This document shows positions 17,938 through 26,972 of a stretch of DNA of 49,116 bases, one piece after another. Position 1 is the first letter of the stretch. Each line of letters begins with the position of its first letter. The stretch is taken from positions 1-49,116 of the forward strand of contig CALXEN010000030.1 of assembly GCA_944387325.1 (NCBI GenBank), given 5' to 3'. The notes under the pieces are model-generated. The model made no database searches. It was not told where the DNA came from and worked only from the letters and a program-made list of their open reading frames with translations. The translations under genes were made by a program, and so were the position numbers. Source of the DNA: an uncultured Clostridia bacterium (GTDB lineage: Bacteria; Bacillota; Clostridia; Oscillospirales; Ruminococcaceae).

Positions 17938-18017
17938 ATTTGAGGCCATTTATGGCATACTGTTTCTATTGACCCCCCGGCGTTTCCGGGAGGATCCCAG
18001 AGGAAAGTAGTGAAAGT

Positions 18018-19031
18018 ATGAGCAAATCCTTTGTGCCCCAGGGGTATCGCCCCCTGTTGAGCCTTTATGACACCCAGCGGGCCATCGGCCTCATCAAGCA
18101 GCTGTTCCAAGACAACCTCTGCCGGACCCTGACCCTCCACCGGGTCAGCGCTCCTCTTTTCCTGGAGGCCAACACCGGCCTCAACGACGACCTGAACGGG
18201 GTGGAGCGGCCGGTGGAGTTCACCATCCGGGAGACCGGCACCCCCGCCCAGGTGGTTCACAGTCTGGCCAAGTGGAAGCGCCAGGCCCTGCGGGACTACG
18301 GGTTTGTGCCCGGGGTCGGGCTGTACACCGACATGAACGCCATCCGCCGGGACGAGGAGCTGGACAACCTCCACAGCGTTTATGTGGACCAGTGGGACTG
18401 GGAAAAGGTGATCCGGCTGGAGGACCGGAACCTGGAATACCTGGAGGGTGTGGTGAAAGGGATCGTGGCCAGCATCTGCGCCACCGAGATGACCCTGCGG
18501 GCCATGTACCCCCAGCTGAGCCAGCACGCCTTCCTCAACCCCAACGTGGCCTTCGTCACCACCCAGGAGCTGGAGGACGCCTACCCTGACCTCACCCCCA
18601 AGGAGCGGGAGAATGTGGTGACCAAGCAGTACGGCACCGTTTTTCTCATGCAGATCGGAAAGACCCTGAAAAGCGGTCAGGTCCATGACGGCCGTGCCCC
18701 CGACTATGATGACTGGGACCTGAACGGGGATATCCTCTTCTGGAACAACACCCTCCAGCAGAGCTTCGAGGTGTCCAGCATGGGGATCCGGGTGAGCCCC
18801 GAAAGCCTGGACCGGCAGCTGACCCTCAGCGGCCACGACGAGCGGCGTTCCCTGCCCTTCCACAAGGCCCTCCTGGCCGGGGAACTGCCCTACACCATCG
18901 GGGGCGGCATCGGCCAGAGCCGTCTGTGTATGCTGCTCCTGGGCAGCGCCCACATCGGGGAAGTCCAGGCCAGCGTCTGGGACCCCGACACCCTGGCCCT
19001 TTACAAGAAGGCTGGGATCCCCCTCCTGTAA
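18018..19031 (+). CDS. asnA: aspartate--ammonia ligase (AsnA-type asparagine synthetase)
   Basis: 337 aa. AsnA-typical N-terminus TQRAIGLIKQLF..HRVSAPLFL, GLNDDLNGVERPV, and a class-II-synthetase-like C-terminus GGGIGQSRLCMLLL. Confidence 0.94.
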   Translation: MSKSFVPQGYRPLLSLYDTQRAIGLIKQLFQDNLCRTLTLHRVSAPLFLEANTGLNDDLNGVERPVEFTIRETGTPAQVVHSLAKWKRQALRDYGFVPGVGLYTDMNAIRRDEELDNLHSVYVDQWDWEKVIRLEDRNLEYLEGVVKGIVASICATEMTLRAMYPQLSQHAFLNPNVAFVTTQELEDAYPDLTPKERENVVTKQYGTVFLMQIGKTLKSGQVHDGRAPDYDDWDLNGDILFWNNTLQQSFEVSSMGIRVSPESLDRQLTLSGHDERRSLPFHKALLAGELPYTIGGGIGQSRLCMLLLGSAHIGEVQASVWDPDTLALYKKAGIPLL

Positions 19032-19040
19032 AAGAGCAGA

Positions 19041-19072
19041 AAAAATCTCCTTCCCACGGGAAGGAGATTTTT
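19041..19072. terminator. bidirectional terminator between asnA and mntP
   Basis: AAAAATCTCCTTCC-CACG-GGAAGGAGATTTTT. Confidence 0.8.
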
Positions 19073-19076
19073 CCGT

Positions 19077-19649
19077 TTAAAGGGCCAGCACACCCAAATG
19101 CTCTAGCAAAATTTTCAGTCCGATTGCAATGAGGATGACTCCCCCCGCTACGGCCGCCCGCTGCTGGTACCTGCTGCCGAACCGGTGGCCCATGACCACC
19201 CCCACCAGAGAGAGGACAAAGGTGGTGCAGCCGATAAGGCTGATGGCGGGCAGGATCTCCACCTGAAGGAAGGCAAAGGTGATCCCCACCGCCAGGGCGT
19301 CAATGCTGGTGGCGATGGCCAGCATGAAGAGCTCCCGGTGGTCCAGGCGGTAGCTGGCGGGGCAGGCTTGTTCCTCCTCCGAGAAAGCCTCCCGGATCAT
19401 ATTGACCCCAATGAAGGCCAGAAGCAGGAAGGCGATCCAGTGGTCCACCGCCACAATATACCTTTCAAACTGCTTTCCCAGGGCCCAGCCCACGAGGGGC
19501 ATAAGGGCCTGGAACCCCCCGAAGTAGAGGGCGGTGATGAAGGCCCCTTTCCGGTGGATCTTTTTCATGGAAAGCCCCTTGCAGGCCGAAACCGCAAAGG
19601 CGTCCATGGAAAGGCTTACCCCGATCAAAAACAATTCCCCGATTCCCAT
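19077..19649 (-). CDS. mntP: manganese efflux pump MntP
   Basis: 190 aa from ATG 19649 (MGIGELFLIGVSLSMDAFAVS). Second repeat is ATSIDALAVG. The track ORF extends to 19757 only because it reads through the riboswitch expression platform and the 3' edge of the aptamer. Confidence 0.9.
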   Translation of the reverse strand: MGIGELFLIGVSLSMDAFAVSACKGLSMKKIHRKGAFITALYFGGFQALMPLVGWALGKQFERYIVAVDHWIAFLLLAFIGVNMIREAFSEEEQACPASYRLDHRELFMLAIATSIDALAVGITFAFLQVEILPAISLIGCTTFVLSLVGVVMGHRFGSRYQQRAAVAGGVILIAIGLKILLEHLGVLAL

Positions 19650-19708
19650 AAATTCACTGTCCACTCCGTTCCATAAAAAATAGCCCGGCGTACCGCTGTA
19701 CCCGAGCC

Positions 19709-19838
19709 ATAAAAAAGGCCCACGCACAGCAAAAACGCCATGCGTGAGTCTTGCCATTTAATTCAAGCCAGGAGAGGACCTCTCCAGTATGTTGACTTGC
19801 CACGCCGGATCCCGGCGCCAGCTACTCCCTCACGAAGC
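19709..19838 (-). promoter_or_regulatory. yybP-ykoY Mn2+ riboswitch (aptamer plus terminator expression platform)
   Basis: Minus strand: GUGAGGGAGUAGC...GUCAACAUAC...GGAGAGG...AUGGCAAGACUCAC, matching the conserved GGGAGUAG, UUGACAUAC-like and GCAAGAC elements. This is followed by CUCACGCA...UGCGUGGG plus U6, which shares the P1 3' strand. Confidence 0.85.
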
Positions 19839-19844
19839 CCTATC

Positions 19845-19874
19845 ATTATAGGGGAGAAAGGAGGGGTTAGTCAA
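19845..19874 (-). promoter_or_regulatory. promoter of the riboswitch-mntP unit
   Basis: On the minus strand: TTGACT (19874-19869), 18-nt spacer, TATAAT (19850-19845). Confidence 0.5.
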
Positions 19875-19888
19875 GGCAAACCTTTTTC

Positions 19889-20464
19889 TTATTTTGCCTG
19901 GGCGAAGCACTCCCGGTTCTGCCACAGGTAGATGACCCCGGAGAGAAGGGTAACGGCGGCTACTCCCCAGCAGAGGACCATGGTGACCATCATCACAAAA
20001 CCGATGGCATCGGGGCCGGCCAGGCCGGCGGCAAAATAGTAGAAGATGACGGTGACCATCTGGAGGACGGTCTTTACCTTCCCCCACATATTGGCGGCAA
20101 TGACGGTACCGGAACCGGCGGCGATCATCCGCACTCCGGCCACGGCAAACTCCCGGAAAAGGACCAGGGCCAGCACCACCGGGTGGCAGACTCCGTCCGC
20201 CATCATGTAAATAAGGGCGGCAGTGGTGAGCATTTTATCCGCCAGAGGGTCCGCAAATTTTCCGAAATCGGTGACCAGCTTCCATTTCCGGGCCAGATAG
20301 CCGTCCAGAAAATCGGTGAAGCTGGCGGCGGCAAAGACTACTCCCGCTGCCAGATAAAGGGCCGGGTTAAAATCGGCGGCACCGTACTGGGTCATTCCAG
20401 CCAGGACCATAAACACCGGCACCAGAATTACTCGGAGCATGGTGAGTTTGTTGGGCAGATTCAT
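19889..20464 (-). CDS. pgsA: CDP-diacylglycerol--glycerol-3-phosphate 3-phosphatidyltransferase
   Basis: 191 aa with the CDP-alcohol phosphatidyltransferase motif DFLDGYLARK...GKFADPLADK. Confidence 0.93.
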   Translation of the reverse strand: MNLPNKLTMLRVILVPVFMVLAGMTQYGAADFNPALYLAAGVVFAAASFTDFLDGYLARKWKLVTDFGKFADPLADKMLTTAALIYMMADGVCHPVVLALVLFREFAVAGVRMIAAGSGTVIAANMWGKVKTVLQMVTVIFYYFAAGLAGPDAIGFVMMVTMVLCWGVAAVTLLSGVIYLWQNRECFAQAK

Positions 20465-21804
20465 GCTTGGTCGCCTCCGTTCAAAGCAGGATCAAAGGTG
20501 GCGTACAGGTCCACCATATCGCTTTCGTCAATGGTCACCCGGTAGAAATCCCCGGGATAGAGGGGCTGATCACTCTTGACGCAGACACAGCCGTCAATGT
20601 CGGGGGCATCCCCCCGGGTGCGGCAGAGATAGAGGCCGCTCTCCTCGTCGATGCCGTCACAGAGGACGGTGAGGGTCCGGCCCACCTGGGCCGCCTGTTT
20701 CTGGGCCATGATCTCGCTCTGGATGCGCATGACGGTGTCTGCCCGGCGCTGTTTTTCGCCCTCCTCCAGCTGATCGGGGAAGGTGGCGGCCACGGTGTGC
20801 TCCTCCTGGCTGTAGGCAAAGCAGCCCAGCCGGTCGAATTGCATCTCCCGGACAAACTGGCAGAGCTCCTCAAACTGCTCCTGGGTCTCCCCGGGGTACC
20901 CGGCGATAAGGGTGGTGCGGAGGGTGATGCCGGGAATTTCTCTGCGGAGGCGGGCGATGGTGTCCTCCAGCATGGCCTTGGTGCTCCGGCGGTTCATCCG
21001 CTTCAGCACCTGGTCATTGCAGTGCTGGATGGGCAGGTCCAGGTAGGGCAGGATCTTTTTTCCCTTAGCCATACAGGCGATGAGCTCCGGGGTGATCCTC
21101 TCCGGATAGGCGTAGAGGAGGCGGATCCAGTCCAGCCCCTGGATCTCGTCCAGTCCCTGGAGCAGCTCCACGATCTGGTTTTTCCCCAGATCCTCCCCAT
21201 AGGCGGTGGGGTCCTGGGCCACCACGATCAGTTCCCGGACACCCTCCCCTGCCAGCCACCGGGCCTCGGCCAGGCAGTCCTCCAGAGGACGGCTCCGCAT
21301 GGGGCCCCGGATGCCGGGGATGGCGCAGTAGTGGCAGTGGTTGCTGCACCCCTCTGCGATTTTCAGGTAGGCATAGTGCCGGGGGGTGCTGATGACCCGC
21401 TTGCCCCCCAGGGGCAGGTCGGTCTTGGGGCCGTAGGATTCCAGCTGTTCCCCTCCAAAGACCCGGTCCAGTATGGCGGGAAGGGCCTTGTTGCTGCCGA
21501 TCCCCACCACGGCGTCCACCTCGGGGATCTCCTGGCGGATCTGTTCCCGGTACCGCTCGGCCAGGCAGCCGGTAACGATGACCTTCAAATCCGGATTCTG
21601 CTCCTTATAGCTGCAGGCAGTGAGGATATTTTCAATGGCCTCCTCCTTGGCGCTGTCGATGAATCCGCAGGTGTTGACCAAAATGGCGTCCGCCTCCGAC
21701 AGATCGGCGGTGGTGGTGTGCCCCTGCAGCAGCAGACTGTGGCAGAACACATCCGCATCCACCTGATTTTTGGGGCAGCCCAAGCTGATGATGGCGATTT
21801 TCAT
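20461..21804 (-). CDS. rimO: ribosomal protein S12 methylthiotransferase RimO
   Basis: 447 aa. N-terminus ISLGCPKNQVD, radical SAM triad CSNHCHYC, C-terminal TRAM-like domain. ATGA overlaps on both sides. Confidence 0.9.
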   Translation of the reverse strand: MKIAIISLGCPKNQVDADVFCHSLLLQGHTTTADLSEADAILVNTCGFIDSAKEEAIENILTACSYKEQNPDLKVIVTGCLAERYREQIRQEIPEVDAVVGIGSNKALPAILDRVFGGEQLESYGPKTDLPLGGKRVISTPRHYAYLKIAEGCSNHCHYCAIPGIRGPMRSRPLEDCLAEARWLAGEGVRELIVVAQDPTAYGEDLGKNQIVELLQGLDEIQGLDWIRLLYAYPERITPELIACMAKGKKILPYLDLPIQHCNDQVLKRMNRRSTKAMLEDTIARLRREIPGITLRTTLIAGYPGETQEQFEELCQFVREMQFDRLGCFAYSQEEHTVAATFPDQLEEGEKQRRADTVMRIQSEIMAQKQAAQVGRTLTVLCDGIDEESGLYLCRTRGDAPDIDGCVCVKSDQPLYPGDFYRVTIDESDMVDLYATFDPALNGGDQA

Positions 21805-22445
21805 TCCTCGTAATACTCGCTTTCCTGGTTAGTGTATTCCTTGAGCAGGGCCCAGACCAGCCGGGGGGCAAACCCCCGTCGGCAGAGGGCTGCCGCCACC
21901 TGCTGGGTCTTTCCCTGAGCCAACTTTTCACGGTAGCTTTTCTGGATCAGGTATTCCAGAGCCTCCTGCTCCGGGTCGGAATTTTCCTCCTCCCAGAGCT
22001 GCTCCAGCACCCGGGCCACCGTCTGCCGCTCGATCCCCTTCTGGGCCAGGGCCTGGGCGATCTGATTCCGGCTTTTATGCTGGTTCATGAGATATCGGGC
22101 CCGGTGAAGGGCAAAGGCGGCGTCGTCCACCAGCTCCAGCTCCTGCATTTTGGCCAGAGCCGCAGCGCTGGACTGGGGGTCGAACTTCCGGCAGAGCTTC
22201 TGGTACAGCTCCCCCGAGGCGTGGTCCCGAAGGGAGAGGTACTCCAGGGCTTTGTCGCAGGCCTTCCGGGTCTCGCTTTTCTGCCGCAGCTCCTCCAGCC
22301 GGGGCAGGGTGAGGGTGAGACCCTCCCGGAGTTTTTCCCGGACCAGGGTCTCCTCGTCCACCGAGAAGAGAAACTGTCCTCCGGCAAAGAGGGCGTACCG
22401 GCCCCGCTTGGTCACCGAAATGGTCTCAATGGTCAGGGTCTCCAA
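21801..22445 (-). CDS. recX: recombination regulator RecX
   Basis: 214 aa helical-repeat protein. Its TTG start is the codon immediately after the recA TAA. Confidence 0.85.
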   Translation of the reverse strand: METLTIETISVTKRGRYALFAGGQFLFSVDEETLVREKLREGLTLTLPRLEELRQKSETRKACDKALEYLSLRDHASGELYQKLCRKFDPQSSAAALAKMQELELVDDAAFALHRARYLMNQHKSRNQIAQALAQKGIERQTVARVLEQLWEEENSDPEQEALEYLIQKSYREKLAQGKTQQVAAALCRRGFAPRLVWALLKEYTNQESEYYEE

Positions 22446-23600
22446 TTAGTCCTCCACCATAATATCCAGCTCCGCCTCGCTGCCGGTGGTCTTGGGGGCC
22501 TCCGGGGCGGAAGCGGCGGGAACCTGACCGGGCATGACCAGTTCCAGCTTGGGGCCGGCCCCCTTCTTGGCCTTCACCAGCTTGTCGGCGTTGGCCCGGA
22601 CAATGGCCTCCAGTTCCTGGGCCAGTTCCGGGTGCTCGCTGAGGTAATTCTTCACATTGTCCCGGCCCTGCCACCGCAGGTCCCCGTAGGTGAACCAGGC
22701 GCCGGCCTTCTGGATGGCCCCCAGCTGGACCGACAGATCCAGGATCTCCCCGATCTTGCTGACCCCTTCTCCGAACATGATATCGAACTCGGCCTCCTTG
22801 AAGGGGGGAGCCACCTTGTTCTTGACCACCTTGGCCCGGGTGCGGTTTCCAATGAAGTTGCCGCTGGCGTCCTTCAGGCCCTCAATACGGCGGACGTCGA
22901 TCCGGACGCTGGAATAGTATTTCAGGGCACGGCCGCCGGCGGTGACCTCCGGGTTGCCGTAGACCACCCCCACCTTCTCACGAAGCTGATTGATGAAGAT
23001 ACAGACGGTGTTGGTCTTGCCGATGACGCCGGTGAGCTTCCGGAGGGCCTGGCTCATGAGCCGGGCCTGGAGGCCCACGTGGCTGTCCCCCATCTCCCCC
23101 TCGATCTCGGCCCGGGGGACCATGGCGGCTACCGAGTCCAGAACGATGGCGTCAATGGCGCCGGAACGGACCAGAGCCTCGCAGATCTCCAGGGCCTGCT
23201 CGCCGGTGTCAGGCTGGCTGACCAGAAGGCTGTCAATGTCCACCCCCAGGGCCCGGGCGTAGGCGGGATCCAGGGCGTGCTCCACATCGATGAAGGCCAC
23301 CTCTCCCCCCTGCTTCTGGGCCTCGGCCAATACATGAAGGGCCAGGGTGGTCTTACCGCTGGATTCGGGGCCGTACACCTCAATGACACGGCCTCTGGGC
23401 ATACCGCCCACCCCCAGGGCCAAATCCAGCCCCAGGCTGCCGGTGGAGATAGCGTCCACCTGCATGGCGGTGTTGGCCCCCAACTTCATGACGGCCCCCT
23501 TGCCAAACTGCTTTTCAATCTGGGCAATGGCGGTAGCCAGTGCCGCTTTCTTGTTATCCGCCGGTTTGGGTGCGGCGGCTGCTGCTTTCTTTTCTGCCAT
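22446..23600 (-). CDS. recA: recombinase RecA
   Basis: 384 aa. Walker [10 protein letters not shown] and an unmistakable RecA core. It carries a longer-than-usual C-terminal tail of about 35 aa, Pro/Ala-rich and then acidic. Confidence 0.97.
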   Translation of the reverse strand: MAEKKAAAAAPKPADNKKAALATAIAQIEKQFGKGAVMKLGANTAMQVDAISTGSLGLDLALGVGGMPRGRVIEVYGPESSGKTTLALHVLAEAQKQGGEVAFIDVEHALDPAYARALGVDIDSLLVSQPDTGEQALEICEALVRSGAIDAIVLDSVAAMVPRAEIEGEMGDSHVGLQARLMSQALRKLTGVIGKTNTVCIFINQLREKVGVVYGNPEVTAGGRALKYYSSVRIDVRRIEGLKDASGNFIGNRTRAKVVKNKVAPPFKEAEFDIMFGEGVSKIGEILDLSVQLGAIQKAGAWFTYGDLRWQGRDNVKNYLSEHPELAQELEAIVRANADKLVKAKKGAGPKLELVMPGQVPAASAPEAPKTTGSEAELDIMVED

Positions 23601-23646
23601 AATTCGTTCTCTCCTTCGGGGCGGACCCCTGTTATTACTCAGTGGT

Positions 23647-23675
23647 ATTATACACCACTCAAGGGCAAATTACAA
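23647..23675 (-). promoter_or_regulatory. recA promoter
   Basis: On the minus strand: TTGTAA (23675-23670), 17-nt spacer, TATAAT (23652-23647). Confidence 0.55.
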
Positions 23676-23693
23676 CCTCTAGTTGTAATTTGC
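23665..23693. promoter_or_regulatory. perfect 12-bp-arm palindrome over the recA -35 (candidate SOS-type operator)
   Basis: GCAAATTACAAC-CTCTA-GTTGTAATTTGC. The core ACAAC-N5-GTTGT is the same architecture as the sites at 6272 and 6376. Confidence 0.6.
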
Positions 23694-23715
23694 TGGGAGA
23701 ATTTTTGAGCGCTTT

Positions 23716-24558
23716 TCAGGGCCGCCGGGCCAATACCACCCGGTCCCGGTCCTCCAGGTCCCGGCATACCCGTACCCGGGTCCAGCCGGCCTTCTCCAGC
23801 AGGGCGGACACCGCCGGTCCCTGCTCCCAGCCGATCTCCAGGGCCATCCAGCCGCCGGGCTTCAGACAGGGCTGGTACCGGGCGGCCAGGTACCGGTAAA
23901 AGGTCAGGCCGTCCTCTCCTCCGTCCAAGGCCATGGCGGGCTCGTGGGCCACCTCCGGCTGGAGGCTCGCCATCTCGGCCCCGGTCAGGTAGGGGGGATT
24001 GGCGGTGATCAGATCCAGGCTCCCGGCGGGGACCCTTCCCTCATAACCGAAGAGGTCCCCCTCCACCCAATCCACCCCGTAGGCGGTGCAGTTCTCCCCC
24101 AGGTAGGGCAGGGCGGCAGGGCTTTTTTCCAGGCAAGTGACCCGGGCGGCGGGGACCAGGGATTTGATCCCGATCCCCACGCAGCCGGTGCCCGCACACA
24201 GGTCCAGCACCCGGGGACTGGGGCAGCCCTCCAAAAGGGAGGCCCCTTCCTGGCAGAGAAGCTCGGTATCGCTGCGGGGGCAAAGCACCCCTTCTCCTAC
24301 CTTCAGTGTAACATTGAGGAAGTCCCATTTTCCGGACAGATACTGGAGCGGCACCCGGGCCAGCCGCTTTTGAAGCAGGCTCTCCAGCCGGTGGGCCTGG
24401 GCCTGGTCCAGGGGCGTCTCGTCAAAGCGGGGCTGACGGCCGGTGACCAGTTCCACCAGAAAAGGGCCTTCAAACTCCCAGTCGGGGCAGCCCCCCTGGC
24501 GGAGGGCCCGGCGCAGTTCCAGTGCCGCTGCCCAGGGCAGCAGCCCGGAGGTCACCAT
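23716..24558 (-). CDS. prmC: peptide chain release factor N5-glutamine methyltransferase
   Basis: 280 aa with the SAM motif VLDLCAGTGC and the catalytic ITANPPY. Confidence 0.9.
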   Translation of the reverse strand: MVTSGLLPWAAALELRRALRQGGCPDWEFEGPFLVELVTGRQPRFDETPLDQAQAHRLESLLQKRLARVPLQYLSGKWDFLNVTLKVGEGVLCPRSDTELLCQEGASLLEGCPSPRVLDLCAGTGCVGIGIKSLVPAARVTCLEKSPAALPYLGENCTAYGVDWVEGDLFGYEGRVPAGSLDLITANPPYLTGAEMASLQPEVAHEPAMALDGGEDGLTFYRYLAARYQPCLKPGGWMALEIGWEQGPAVSALLEKAGWTRVRVCRDLEDRDRVVLARRP

Positions 24559-25496
24559 GCCCCCTCCTCGGGAGTCTGGGGCAGAACGGGGGTGACCGCT
24601 GCGATGGCCACCTCCATCATGGAATCCTCCGGTTCAAAGGTGGTGAGCCGCTGGAGCCAGAGCCCCGGGGCAGAGATGGCCCGGGTGAGGGGGTTGCAGC
24701 TCCGGCCCGCCCATTTGATGAGCTCGTAGCTGATTCCCATGACCACCGGGAGCAGGAGGATCTTGTATACCACCCGCAAGCCCAGGTGCTCCCAGGGAAG
24801 AATGGCGTTGACAAAAATGCTTACCAGGAGCACCAGGATGAGAAAGCTGGTGCCGCACCGGGGATGGAACCGGCTGCACTTCCGCACATTCTCCACCGTC
24901 AGGGGGAGGCCTGCCTCATAGCAGGCGATGGTCTTGTGCTCGGCTCCGTGGTACTGGAACATCCGGTGGATCTCCTCCATCCGGGTGCAGAGGTAGAGGT
25001 AGAGGATGAAGATGGCCACCTTCAGAATGCCTTCCAGAATGACCCGGGGCCACCGGCCCAGCTCTATAAAGTAGCCCAGCCATCCCACCAGGGTGGTGGG
25101 GATGACCAGAAAAAGAACGATGGCCAGCACCCCGCCGGTGAGGGCAGCCGCCCCCATAAAGAGGTTCTGGACGGTTTTGCCCCGCTGATCCAGCCACCGG
25201 TCAAACTTGCTTTCGCTCTGGGCGAAGGCTTCCTCCCCCATGCTCACCTCTGCGGAGTGCATGAGATAATGGTAGCCCTTGATCATGCTGTCGATCATGG
25301 CGCAGCAGCCCCTCAGAAGAGGGATCTTCTCGTAAAAATGGTGGCGGGTGGCCTCCTCTTTCAGGTCGATCTCTCCGTCCGGGCGGCGGACTGCACAGCA
25401 GATTTTTTCCGGGCCCCGCATCATGATCCCTTCCATGAGGGCTTGGCCCCCCACGCTGGTGCGGAACCGCTCCTTGGGTTGATTGTTCTGTTCCAT
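24552..25496 (-). CDS. DUF1385 (YqhQ-like) membrane protein
   Basis: 314 aa. N-terminus VGGQALMEGIMMRGP and several TM helices. It occupies the usual Firmicutes position just upstream of prmC and overlaps it by 7 nt. Confidence 0.8.
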   Translation of the reverse strand: MEQNNQPKERFRTSVGGQALMEGIMMRGPEKICCAVRRPDGEIDLKEEATRHHFYEKIPLLRGCCAMIDSMIKGYHYLMHSAEVSMGEEAFAQSESKFDRWLDQRGKTVQNLFMGAAALTGGVLAIVLFLVIPTTLVGWLGYFIELGRWPRVILEGILKVAIFILYLYLCTRMEEIHRMFQYHGAEHKTIACYEAGLPLTVENVRKCSRFHPRCGTSFLILVLLVSIFVNAILPWEHLGLRVVYKILLLPVVMGISYELIKWAGRSCNPLTRAISAPGLWLQRLTTFEPEDSMMEVAIAAVTPVLPQTPEEGAW

Positions 25497-25514
25497 ATTG
25501 CTCCTTTGCGCTGC

Positions 25515-26945
25515 TTATTCTTCCGATTCCGGGCAGGGCTGGGGATAATGGGGGAGCCGGATGGTAACGGTGGTTCCCTCCCCCAGCTGGCTGGCGATCT
25601 CCACCGACCCGTCCATGGCGGTGACGATCTCCTCCACCACGGCCAGTCCGATGCCGCTGCCCCGCTCGGCGTTCTTTCCCTTAAAGAATTTCAGTTTTAC
25701 GTTTTCCAGGTCCTCAGGGGAGATGCCCCGCCCTTCATCCCGGATACAGATGTATACATTATCCACCTCGCTGAGAAGCTCCAGATGGATGGTGCTTCCG
25801 GGTGAGGAATACTTGATGGCGTTGTCCAGCACATTCACCAGGACCTGGCGCAGCCGGTTGGGGTCCGCCCAGACCGGGACCATGAGCTCCGGTTCCTGGT
25901 AATCCAGGGCAATGCCCAGGCTGGTCATCCGGGGCTGGACAAAGAGGGCCACGTCGGTGACCTCCGCCACCAGGTCCAGGCTTTCACATTCCAGCTGGAC
26001 CCCGTTCTGGAGGCGGGAGAAATTGAGCAGCTCCTCCACCATGTTGTAGAGGCGGTCCGCCTCCTGGCCGATGATGGCGATCCCCTTCCGGTAGTTTTCA
26101 TCCTCCGGGTCCCGGATGGCGGAGATGGTCTCGATCCAGCCCTTGATGCTGGTGAGGGGGGTGCGGAGCTCGTGGCTCACCGAGGAGATAAAGTCGTTCT
26201 TCATCCGCTCGGTCTTTCCCAGATCCTCCGCCATCTGGTTGATGGTCTGGCAGAGGCGGCCCACCTCGTCCTGATAATGGGTGGGAGGGAGCCGGACCTC
26301 CAGGTCTCCCCGGGCGATCCGGGTGGCGGTGGCCTCCACCCGGGCCAGGGGCTGAACGATGGACCGGATGAAATAGAGCCCTGACAGAAGGCTCCCGCCC
26401 ACCACCAGAGCAGCCATAACCAGACTGATGAGAGCATACTGGCTGATGGTCTGGTCCACCAGGGTCAGGCTGGTGACCATTCGGAGGGCGGCGATTTCCC
26501 CCACGGGATAGGGGGCCAGCAGGGTGATGCTCATGACCTTTTCCCCCTGGGAGGTGCGGTAGATGCTCTCTCCCTGGCCTTCCACGCTTTCCAGGGCCTG
26601 GATGAAGTCATCCTGGGAGAAGAGCCCTGCCTCCTTCTGGCCGCTGGAGGTGGAGATGATCCGGCCCTGGCTGTCCAGGAGCATGAACTCGTAGGATTCC
26701 TTGGCGTCAAACTGTTCTACCATCCGCCGGAGGGCCAGGCTGCGGGCATTGGCGGTGGCGCTGTCGTTGGCGGAGAGGGTGATTTCCAGCTGGGCCGTAA
26801 TGGTGGAAAACCGGCTCTGGATGCTCTGACGCACGGCGCCGTACATGGATTGGTAGGTGTTGTAGAGGAAGAAGACCTCCACGGCAATGGCCGCCAGGAG
26901 GGTAAAGAGCAGTCCGCCCCGGAGCCATCGCCTGGTAATGCTCAT
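25515..26945 (-). CDS. sensor histidine kinase (2 TM, HAMP, HisKA, HATPase)
   Basis: 476 aa with H-box SHELRTPL, N-box DNAIKYS and G-box GSGIGLAVV. Confidence 0.9.
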   Translation of the reverse strand: MSITRRWLRGGLLFTLLAAIAVEVFFLYNTYQSMYGAVRQSIQSRFSTITAQLEITLSANDSATANARSLALRRMVEQFDAKESYEFMLLDSQGRIISTSSGQKEAGLFSQDDFIQALESVEGQGESIYRTSQGEKVMSITLLAPYPVGEIAALRMVTSLTLVDQTISQYALISLVMAALVVGGSLLSGLYFIRSIVQPLARVEATATRIARGDLEVRLPPTHYQDEVGRLCQTINQMAEDLGKTERMKNDFISSVSHELRTPLTSIKGWIETISAIRDPEDENYRKGIAIIGQEADRLYNMVEELLNFSRLQNGVQLECESLDLVAEVTDVALFVQPRMTSLGIALDYQEPELMVPVWADPNRLRQVLVNVLDNAIKYSSPGSTIHLELLSEVDNVYICIRDEGRGISPEDLENVKLKFFKGKNAERGSGIGLAVVEEIVTAMDGSVEIASQLGEGTTVTIRLPHYPQPCPESEE

Positions 26946-26972
26946 CTTCCCTTCCTCCCTTCTTTCCGGCGG

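Noticed and set aside
17841-18017. Looked for a T-box leader upstream of cysS.
   Set aside because: Only 177 bp separate cysS from divergent asnA. There is no specifier-loop or T-box sequence, and the predicted 5' UTR is about 50 nt.
19650-19757. N-terminal 36-codon extension of the mntP ORF (MARLTHGVFAVRG...).
   Set aside because: It reads through the riboswitch expression platform and into the 3' edge of the Mn2+ aptamer. The MntP homology begins at MGIGELF (ATG 19649).
23637-23662. 6-bp inverted repeat AGTGGT/ACCACT bracketing the recA -10. A similar AGTCC/GGACT pair brackets the putative -10 at 5555-5572.
   Set aside because: The arms are short and their sequences differ between the two sites, so a common binding protein is unlikely. 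This could be chance. It is noted only as a curiosity.
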